Shown here: positions 57,206 through 64,000 of the stretch, piece after piece
How positions within the stretch are numbered: the first letter of the stretch is position 1
How the letters are laid out: each line of letters begins with the position of its first letter
DNA from: a virus
Reading direction: 5' to 3' (one strand)
DNA: 64,000 nt
IMG/VR virus record: IMGVR_UViG_3300042868_011620
Span: 32,001-96,000 of that record
Position numbers and translations under genes: made by a program
Notes under the pieces: generated by a model
Told to the model about the DNA's origin: nothing
The model's input: the letters and a program-made list of their open reading frames with translations, nothing else
The model's database searches: none

Positions 57206-58165
57206 TTAAGCGATACCAACGATTTCATGATCCGAGAGATCAATGTCTCCGAGACGCTCAGCAATTGCTTGCTGAAGGTTCTTACACTCTGGAGAGACAC
57301 TTTCGACATGCCACACTCCAACAGTTTGATTGAGCATCTTCAGGTGAGGAGCATAATCAATGCCTGGGTACAAAGCGGCCATGTCCCAGAGTTCATACTC
57401 ACTCTTAGTCCACCACTCTTCAGTAGGATAGTTTTCGTAAGAGTCAATCTTCTTGCCGAAAGAAAGCATTCTTTCAACTCCGAATTTGCGAACAAACTCC
57501 ATTTTGTGGTCTGCATTGTCCAGAGTATTGTACTGATCAAGAGTGAGTTCATTGCTTGGAGTAACTGCCAACCACTCAGGAACTCTCGTTCCGTTGAGGA
57601 TGAAGATGCTGTTCAATCCGTAACCATTGTAAGCAATGGCTGGACCACCGTCACAGTGAGTCACATTGTCTTCGTTGAGGTGAATCACAGTAGGCTTTTG
57701 ACTCACTACCACAGCAGTGGGCATAGGATAAATCTGTCCCAGTTTGTGAGTAGCGTGCCAAATCTCGTAGCACTCATTAGCCTCTTTGAAGTCGATGCCG
57801 ACTTCGTCGCGGAAGAAGTCGTAGAAGCTCCAGACATTCGCATCGAACGATCCGTTGAGGTAGGGAGTGGTGTAAGTTTCGATTGCCATTTTAACACCTT
57901 GAACAAAGTATTCTTCAAGCTTTGATGGAATGTCTGCTGCTTCTACTCCAGCTTTCAAGTAGTGACAAGCTACCCATGCTTCCACAGGATTGTTCACAAT
58001 GATTACTGGAGTAGGCTCAACCTTGAGCAAGTGAGTTTGCACTTTGTGAATGATGCTCACAGTCTCATCATAGTCGAGACGATCAGTATTAATGCCAATC
58101 TTCAGCCACTTCTCAGTGTACTCAGACATTTTGGCAGTTTGTTCGGGAGTGAGGGATTCGATCAT
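57206..58165 (-). CDS. DUF6745-like protein
   Basis: LTPEQ......KWL.IG, W.FYDFF, HCDGGPAIAY, NGTRVP motifs; family recalled from memory. Confidence 0.7.
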   Translation of the reverse strand: MIESLTPEQTAKMSEYTEKWLKIGINTDRLDYDETVSIIHKVQTHLLKVEPTPVIIVNNPVEAWVACHYLKAGVEAADIPSKLEEYFVQGVKMAIETYTTPYLNGSFDANVWSFYDFFRDEVGIDFKEANECYEIWHATHKLGQIYPMPTAVVVSQKPTVIHLNEDNVTHCDGGPAIAYNGYGLNSIFILNGTRVPEWLAVTPSNELTLDQYNTLDNADHKMEFVRKFGVERMLSFGKKIDSYENYPTEEWWTKSEYELWDMAALYPGIDYAPHLKMLNQTVGVWHVESVSPECKNLQQAIAERLGDIDLSDHEIVGIA

Positions 58166-58175
58166 TTTATTTAGT

Positions 58176-58466
58176 TTATTTTAGGTTGTTGTTGGTGGAT
58201 TCTTGAAACAGTTCAGTCATTTGTTTGAGCCTACTGTTTGCACTCTCAAGCTCTTTGTCAATGACAAAATCAGGTCGAACAGTAAATATTTTATCACATT
58301 CAAGCATTTCAATTTCAAGCTTGATTTTCTCAATCTCGTAATAATGTTGAGTGAGAGCGCCTCCTGCTACGGGAGGCTTATCTGCTGTAACAGTAGAAGC
58401 ATTGTTTCTTACGATAATTAATGTAAGTACTGTTACTACAGAGGTGGCGAGGAGAATTGCTTTCAT
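58176..58466 (-). CDS. secreted/membrane hypothetical protein
   Basis: MKAILLA start just after TTGACA-N16-TATTCT (58499-58472). Confidence 0.6.
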   Translation of the reverse strand: MKAILLATSVVTVLTLIIVRNNASTVTADKPPVAGGALTQHYYEIEKIKLEIEMLECDKIFTVRPDFVIDKELESANSRLKQMTELFQESTNNNLK

Positions 58467-58510
58467 TTTGGAGAATACTCTAGATTTTTCGATTGTCAAA
58501 GTTTTTTTCT

Positions 58511-58936
58511 CTAAAAATAAGATTCGCCAAGGGGAGCTTTATCGCACATCAAAGATTCAATGATTTTTGCAGCGTTGTCATGAAAGCTGGGATATTGAAG
58601 ATGAGAGAATTCTTGTCCATGTTTAGCGATCAAAGCATTCCAGTCAGCTAACGCTTCTGGAGAAATTTCCACTTTTACTGGTCGAGCCTCACTAGCTTCT
58701 CTGATAATTTGAATCAAAGATTCACTCTTGTCGCGAGCAGCAGCAGCAATTTCGGCGCGGCGAGGATAAATAGTACTACGCATGGAAATTCCTCCTTTGT
58801 CAGACACTTTTACCAACCACCAACCAGCAGAGAGTCCTTGATATGCCCAAGGATCATTGATTGGCACATATTTTTTCCCCTGCTTTTTGTAAACAATCTC
58901 TTCAGATCGATCTTGAATGTTTGAGTAAGCTGTCAT
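58511..58936 (-). CDS. hypothetical protein
   Basis: 141 aa after TTGACG-N16-TAAGAT. Confidence 0.7.
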   Translation of the reverse strand: MTAYSNIQDRSEEIVYKKQGKKYVPINDPWAYQGLSAGWWLVKVSDKGGISMRSTIYPRRAEIAAAARDKSESLIQIIREASEARPVKVEISPEALADWNALIAKHGQEFSHLQYPSFHDNAAKIIESLMCDKAPLGESYF

Positions 58937-58981
58937 GAGAGTATCTTACCACTCATTTAGACTGCGTCAAGCATTTTTCGA

Positions 58982-59395
58982 CTAATTTTTGGGAATTTTT
59001 CCAGCAGACTCTAATTTTTTCCGATTAGCTTGGTGCAAGTCTTTAATATTATTTTTATTTTCACCATTATATGGTACAGCATAGCCATCTCGAATGAGAC
59101 AAGTTGACACAGACTCTTGGTTCACTATAAAATCTCCTAAAATGCGACCGTATTTGTCATTTATAGTTGTTTGAACAACTTGAATGGATGAAATTGGCAA
59201 GAGTTCTGCTAGTCTTTTCTTGCTTAAAACGCCAAAAGATTTTTCAACGGGATCAGAGGTGCGACTCTCTGGAGAGTCGATGCCCAGCAGTCGAATCACC
59301 ACGTTGTTCATCCAAATATTAAACCCAACATCAACATCCACTTTCACAGTATCGCCATCAATGATTTCAATTATTTTGCATTTGTACTGATACAT
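58982..59395 (-). CDS. thermonuclease (SNase-like)
   Basis: IIDGDT, IRLLGIDSPE, DKYGRILG. Confidence 0.9.
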   Translation of the reverse strand: MYQYKCKIIEIIDGDTVKVDVDVGFNIWMNNVVIRLLGIDSPESRTSDPVEKSFGVLSKKRLAELLPISSIQVVQTTINDKYGRILGDFIVNQESVSTCLIRDGYAVPYNGENKNNIKDLHQANRKKLESAGKIPKN

Positions 59396-59396
59396 T

Positions 59397-59714
59397 TTAC
59401 TTTTTTAAGAATTTTAATGGATCAGCCGCGAATTTTATTCCAATTTTAACAATGCCATTAATGATTTCGGGAGATATCACTCCAATAATGCCATAAGTAA
59501 CAGCTTTATAAAGACTAGAAATGTCTGTTTGCTCTAAAACAAACCACGCAACACCACTGCTTATAGCAGCAGTGATGATGCGTTTGATTTGATTGAGTAC
59601 TGTTAAATTAGAGTCAGATGACAATAATCTTGCTAACATTGCGCCCGCCCCTATCAAAGGAACAATCCATCCTCCGTTCACGAATTCCTTTAATAATGAC
59701 TTTTCTGTTTCCAT
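59397..59714 (-). CDS. membrane protein, possible holin
   Basis: Three hydrophobic segments, basic C-terminus. Confidence 0.55.
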   Translation of the reverse strand: METEKSLLKEFVNGGWIVPLIGAGAMLARLLSSDSNLTVLNQIKRIITAAISSGVAWFVLEQTDISSLYKAVTYGIIGVISPEIINGIVKIGIKFAADPLKFLKK

Positions 59715-59779
59715 ATATACCTTTACAGTATATAACAAAAAATGAGGTTAAATACTAGCATTTTGTTCGTGATATTGCA

Positions 59780-60487
59780 TTAATATTCTACAATATTTAT
59801 CTTTTCAACTTGAGTTTCGCCCCACGCTTCTAAAGTGTGTTTAAAGGGAGAACCTTCAATGTTTTTAACCAGTTCGAGCATTTCTTGCGCTAATTCTCTG
59901 ATTTCTAATTGAGCGTGCTCACTGTTGCGCAAGTTTTGAAAATTAGCAAAACTTCTCATGTTGAAAGCGATGTCTGCTTGAATTTGAGAATTATAAGTCT
60001 TAAAAAAGCGAGCGCTTTCTTTAGCTCTTTTTCTGCCCAAGGTTGGTTCGAGGTCTTTAACACACTGATGATAAAGAGAGTTGCCCATTTTAGTATACTC
60101 TTCTAACAGACTTAACCATGAATTTTTAGTAAAACCGTAGGTATCATCTTGAGGGCCAATATCTTGGGATGGATACAACCCTTCCCAATCTTCAGGAAGA
60201 TAAAATTTGTCCTCTTTTAATTCTTTATATCTCGCCGATTCTGCATTCATTGATGAAATTCTGTGTTTAAGCAGATGGCAATGCGAAGCAATTTCGGTAT
60301 CTACTAAAAAATGCACCATGCCTTTTTCCCAAGGAGTGTGATGACCTTCTCGCCATAGTCTCTGAATCATTCTAGGAATGCGATTTCTTTTCTCTTCGCT
60401 TAAATCTCTAGAAGTTGAGGTCCACGCTGAGCAAGCAATGATTTCATCTGATCCGTAATATCCAATGAGTGATACTTTATTTTTCAT
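59780..60487 (-). CDS. thyX: FAD-dependent thymidylate synthase
   Basis: HHTPWE, LLKHRISSMNAESARY, NMRS, HAQLEIRELA. Confidence 0.92.
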   Translation of the reverse strand: MKNKVSLIGYYGSDEIIACSAWTSTSRDLSEEKRNRIPRMIQRLWREGHHTPWEKGMVHFLVDTEIASHCHLLKHRISSMNAESARYKELKEDKFYLPEDWEGLYPSQDIGPQDDTYGFTKNSWLSLLEEYTKMGNSLYHQCVKDLEPTLGRKRAKESARFFKTYNSQIQADIAFNMRSFANFQNLRNSEHAQLEIRELAQEMLELVKNIEGSPFKHTLEAWGETQVEKINIVEY

Positions 60488-61151
60488 AGTTTAGTTTATA
60501 GAGTTCAAGTTCAGCGCAAATGCGGCTTTTGCAACCGTTATTTTCTGCACGACAAACAGAGTGAAAGTGACCGCAAAAATGATATTTAGGCTGGCAAAGC
60601 TCAATTAGTGAAGAAACTCCTTTTCTCTCTTCGCAGCACTCTACCCAAAGAGTTGCATCGTCAACTTCCCAGCTACGAATTGGACCTTTAGTGGTTGGAC
60701 CGTTCCAAATTGGAGCGGAATGAGTGATGAGGATATCGCACTTTTGAGCTTTTTCAGGAATTAAAACGAATTTTTCTCCTCGCCACCAAGATACTCCTTC
60801 TTGTCTAGCTTGTCGGTCAATGGATATTGCTCCACCCACAAAGAAGAATTTAATTCCTTCGATTTCTCGAAACGAATAATCTTCCAAAAGCTCGAAATTA
60901 GAGAATTTAAAATTGCCATGAAAAAAATCTGGATTGCTATGATTGCCGCGAATGCTCAAGTATTGAATATTCCTGTTTAAGAATACACTATTTAAACGAT
61001 CATATAAATCAAAAGATTCATACTGATCATGAAATCCTTCTCCACCATCACCAACGTGAAGAATGTAAGAGTCTCGCAAGTTAAATTTACTAATAATGCT
61101 TAATAATTTAGTATACTGACCATGATTGTCGCCAAGAATATAAATGTCCAT
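60477..61151 (-). CDS. calcineurin-like metallophosphoesterase
   Basis: GDNHG, HVGD, RGNH, ITHSAP, CGHFH. Confidence 0.9.
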   Translation of the reverse strand: MDIYILGDNHGQYTKLLSIISKFNLRDSYILHVGDGGEGFHDQYESFDLYDRLNSVFLNRNIQYLSIRGNHSNPDFFHGNFKFSNFELLEDYSFREIEGIKFFFVGGAISIDRQARQEGVSWWRGEKFVLIPEKAQKCDILITHSAPIWNGPTTKGPIRSWEVDDATLWVECCEERKGVSSLIELCQPKYHFCGHFHSVCRAENNGCKSRICAELELYKLNYEK

Positions 61152-61158
61152 AGTGTTT

Positions 61159-61371
61159 TTATTCGTCAAAGTTAAAATTGTACTGTCTAGAATCATCAGA
61201 CTGAGCAATGATGTTTTTAATATTAACCACTTCTTGGATTAAAACAACGTCTTTGGGAAAAGCTTCGCGTATTGTTGCGTAACTCTCAAAAGCTTGCGTG
61301 CGACTTGCGGTGGACAAACTACTGATTGTATTGCCGCTGTGAATGATTTCGTATCTGGTTTGAGTGGTCAT
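61159..61371 (-). CDS. hypothetical protein
   Basis: 70-aa ORF. Confidence 0.6.
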   Translation of the reverse strand: MTTQTRYEIIHSGNTISSLSTASRTQAFESYATIREAFPKDVVLIQEVVNIKNIIAQSDDSRQYNFNFDE

Positions 61372-61377
61372 AAATGG

Positions 61378-61402
61378 AAAAGCAGCCCCAAACGGGGCTG
61401 CT
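61378..61402 (-). terminator. probable terminator
   Basis: AGCAGCCCC-GTTT-GGGGCTGCT-TTT. Confidence 0.6.
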
Positions 61403-61448
61403 AGATGGTTTGGTTTGGCAAGTATAGAGAGAATTTCTCAGTTGTCAA

Positions 61449-61658
61449 TTATTTTTTCAAGAGCGGATTGGAAACGCCAGTTTGTTTGGCTTTACCAATG
61501 TTGAGCGCTGCGAAATCAATAATTTTATATAATTTAGACCAGCGTGATCCTGGCGTAGGAGTTGGAGTGATTGCTGCAATTGCAGATGCAGTTGTAACGA
61601 TACTTGCCACTACTGGAAACCATGGCTGGGCTTTGAAGATTTGAATAAGAATGTCCAT
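61449..61658 (-). CDS. small membrane protein, possible holin
   Basis: Hydrophobic helix, TPTP, ALNIGKAK; next to the endolysin. Confidence 0.6.
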   Translation of the reverse strand: MDILIQIFKAQPWFPVVASIVTTASAIAAITPTPTPGSRWSKLYKIIDFAALNIGKAKQTGVSNPLLKK

Positions 61659-61681
61659 AGTACTATATATTACACTAGAAT

Positions 61682-62311
61682 TTATTCAAAAGTGCGAATT
61701 CTGCTGCGAATTTGTGAAATGTGACGTTTCTTTTGCAAAACAGAACCTCCTTCTCGACTGCCTGCACCGTCAGTATTACCCTCTATTGTTTGAATGTAAC
61801 CAGCAGAATCAATGCCTGAAATTGCTAATCCAATGTGCGAAAAAGTAAAGACTACAATGTCGCCAGGTTGAATGTCATTGTTGGGTGGTTTTTGCAGTTT
61901 GATAGAATCATTCTCTCCTCGCGCCCAATCTTCAAAACCCCATGCGCTAGCAGTTGTGGGTCTAGAAAAAGAGTGTTTAGAGTTTCTCATGCCCTCTTTG
62001 AATAACCAACAAATAAATGCAGCGCACCAAGGCCAGCTAGAGCGGGAATTTAAAGTTGTTGATGATTTGTATTCATTAACTCTAGGTCCGCAATTTGTTC
62101 CATTAATTTCTTCAACTCCAATTTCTTCCTTTGCTAATTCTACTAGTTTTTTTGCCAAAGAACCTGTTTTAGAGACTAAGATGCTTGGAGATTCTTTGGG
62201 CAGGGGAGCTAGTTCATCAACAATAGCTTTCCAAGTGGCTGGGCCAGCAACGCCATCCACTTCTAAGTTCAAAGAGGTTTGAATTCTTTTGATTAAAAAT
62301 TGAATGTCCAT
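61682..62311 (-). CDS. endolysin (peptidoglycan-binding plus CHAP domain)
   Basis: VDGVAGPAT; PWCAAF, SHIG, IEGNT. Confidence 0.85.
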   Translation of the reverse strand: MDIQFLIKRIQTSLNLEVDGVAGPATWKAIVDELAPLPKESPSILVSKTGSLAKKLVELAKEEIGVEEINGTNCGPRVNEYKSSTTLNSRSSWPWCAAFICWLFKEGMRNSKHSFSRPTTASAWGFEDWARGENDSIKLQKPPNNDIQPGDIVVFTFSHIGLAISGIDSAGYIQTIEGNTDGAGSREGGSVLQKKRHISQIRSRIRTFE

Positions 62312-62312
62312 G

Positions 62313-62765
62313 TTAAACTACTTCTAATGGCACTTCTGGGACGGTTTCCTCTGAGACAGTTTCCTCTGGAACGGTTTCCTCTGGAAGAACTTCTGCTGGA
62401 ACTTCTTCAGGAAGCTCTTCTGGAAGCACTTCTGGAACCACTTCAATGACTGGAGGTGGTTGAGGAGCGTTTTGAGCAGCGATCCACTCTCTCAATGGAA
62501 CGATGGCGTCAATGATTGCTTGATAAGCAATGCCCACTTCTGGAACGTCGTAAGCTGCTTGAAACAATTGATCTGTAGAAATGACTTCCAACCCTGACGA
62601 TGGTCCAATTTCTTGAACATCTGGATTGTATGGAAGCGCCTCAATATAAATTCGCCCAGAATTAACTGCTGGAGAATGAATATTAATGTTATAAAGCCAC
62701 AGATCAGAGAATGATTTTTCTGGAACTGCGGGAACGGTGGTTGGGTTTTGTGCTGGGATTGCCAT
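62313..62765 (-). CDS. hypothetical protein with PEE-repeat acidic tail
   Basis: 150 aa; (V/L)PEE repeats. Confidence 0.7.
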   Translation of the reverse strand: MAIPAQNPTTVPAVPEKSFSDLWLYNINIHSPAVNSGRIYIEALPYNPDVQEIGPSSGLEVISTDQLFQAAYDVPEVGIAYQAIIDAIVPLREWIAAQNAPQPPPVIEVVPEVLPEELPEEVPAEVLPEETVPEETVSEETVPEVPLEVV

Positions 62766-62772
62766 ATTTTTA

Positions 62773-63003
62773 TTAGTTTATATTTGGTAAGATGAATGAA
62801 GGGTTTGGTTCTGATGGTTCCGAAATTGGAATGTTAAAAAAGGCTTTTGCTTCTAGTTCACTATCAAACCAACTCCATCCATCAACTGGAAGAGTGTATT
62901 GTTCATGATTTTCGGCAATTAGCTCGTAGTTAGCATTTAATACGAAATTAGGTCCGTAAAAAAGCTCGTTGTTTGTGTATTTATAGAATCCTTGCGTGTT
63001 CAT
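62773..63003 (-). CDS. hypothetical protein (tail-fibre associated)
   Basis: MNTQGFYK...PVDGWSWFDSE. Confidence 0.6.
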   Translation of the reverse strand: MNTQGFYKYTNNELFYGPNFVLNANYELIAENHEQYTLPVDGWSWFDSELEAKAFFNIPISEPSEPNPSFILPNIN

Positions 63004-63011
63004 AAAATTGT

Positions 63012-64000
63012 TTAACCAGAAACTGTCCAAAATTTACCCGTTGCTATTGCTCTATTGCAGGTAGCAGCTCCAGGATTGCTTGCGATATTAATTGTTTGTG
63101 CGCCAGAAGCAGTTCCCAAACCTGAGAATATGTCATTAAGAGCGGCAGTTGAAAGTTTACAGTTGGCATAACTAATAGCTCTTCTTATTCCACTTGTACG
63201 ACCTGAGCATAAAGAGCGACAATTATCAAACATACTACTCGTGTCTGTTACAAGCGCAGTATTGAACTGTGGTATAGCTTGTAAAGATTGACAATTATTA
63301 AACATGCTGCTCATACTAGTTACTGCTGCTGTATTAAGAGAAGAAACGCTTTGCAAAGAATAACAATTACTAAACATGGCCCCCATAGTAGTCACTGATA
63401 CGGTATTGAAAGAAGGTGAGCTTTTTAAAGAATAACAACCATTAAACGTTGCCCCCATATTTGTTACTGTCGAAATAGGAAACAACGGGACGCTCTCAAG
63501 ACTGTGGCAATTATAAAACATTAAACTCATGTTTGTCAAAGCGCTTGTGACAAATAGTGGAACACTCTGAAGACTAAAACAAAAATAAAACATCTGACTC
63601 ATATTTGTTACGGCAGTTGTAATGAATAACGGAACACTCTGAAGATTATAACATTGCGTAAACATTAAGCTCATATTAGTTACAGATGAGGTATTAAATA
63701 GCGGGACACTTTTAAGAGAATAACATTGAGTAAACATTCCATTCATAGTCGCTACATTCACAGTATTAAATGAAGGAATGCTCTGCAAAGAAAAACACTG
63801 ATTAAACATAGAACTCATGCTAGTTACAGATAGAGTATTAAATAGCGGAACACTTTTTAAAGCGTGACAACTTTGAAACATTGCTAACATATCTGTAACA
63901 TTAGAAGTATTAAATAATGATACTGTTTGCAAAGAGTAGCATTGATAAAACATATTGCTCGTACTAGTGAGCGATTCTGAATTAAGCAGCGATACACTTT
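63012..64000 (-). CDS. BspA/DUF285-type 24-aa repeat surface protein (5' end beyond window)
   Basis: MFxxCxSLxSVPLFNTxxVTxM repeats; frame stays open to the window edge. Confidence 0.85.
   Translation of the reverse strand, partial: SVSLLNSESLTSTSNMFYQCYSLQTVSLFNTSNVTDMLAMFQSCHALKSVPLFNTLSVTSMSSMFNQCFSLQSIPSFNTVNVATMNGMFTQCYSLKSVPLFNTSSVTNMSLMFTQCYNLQSVPLFITTAVTNMSQMFYFCFSLQSVPLFVTSALTNMSLMFYNCHSLESVPLFPISTVTNMGATFNGCYSLKSSPSFNTVSVTTMGAMFSNCYSLQSVSSLNTAAVTSMSSMFNNCQSLQAIPQFNTALVTDTSSMFDNCRSLCSGRTSGIRRAISYANCKLSTAALNDIFSGLGTASGAQTINIASNPGAATCNRAIATGKFWTVSG

Noticed and set aside
50587-58165. Diversity-generating retroelement
   Set aside because: No reverse transcriptase in the window, no near-identical TR/VR pair, and variation is not adenine-restricted by eye

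Overview
This window is part of a large tailed dsDNA phage genome (Caudoviricetes, probably siphovirus-like; host unknown, with sigma70-type promoters). 1-34.2 kb is an AT-rich virion and packaging module: tail fibre, tail-tube paralogues, 2852-aa tape measure, neck genes, capsid, portal, intein-containing TerL, ERCC4 nuclease, sigma-like factor and PhoH. 34.4-44.7 kb is a GC-richer early region of small ORFs organised as repeated promoter-ORF-terminator-double-palindrome cassettes. 44.8-49.4 kb holds a tRNA-like RNA with an enlarged anticodon arm, SprT, RuvB, three tRNAs and an origin-like non-coding stretch. 50.6-58.2 kb is the most striking locus: about 28 tandem, highly diverged, translationally coupled microprotein units (SVxxSV periodicity, C-terminal DYFKQ) directly downstream of a DUF6745-like gene and its partner. 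The DUF6745-like protein itself lacks the SVWxSV repeat tract. 58.2-64 kb holds SNase, ThyX, a phosphoesterase, lysis genes and a BspA/DUF285 repeat protein. All family assignments come from motif recognition by eye, not database searches.
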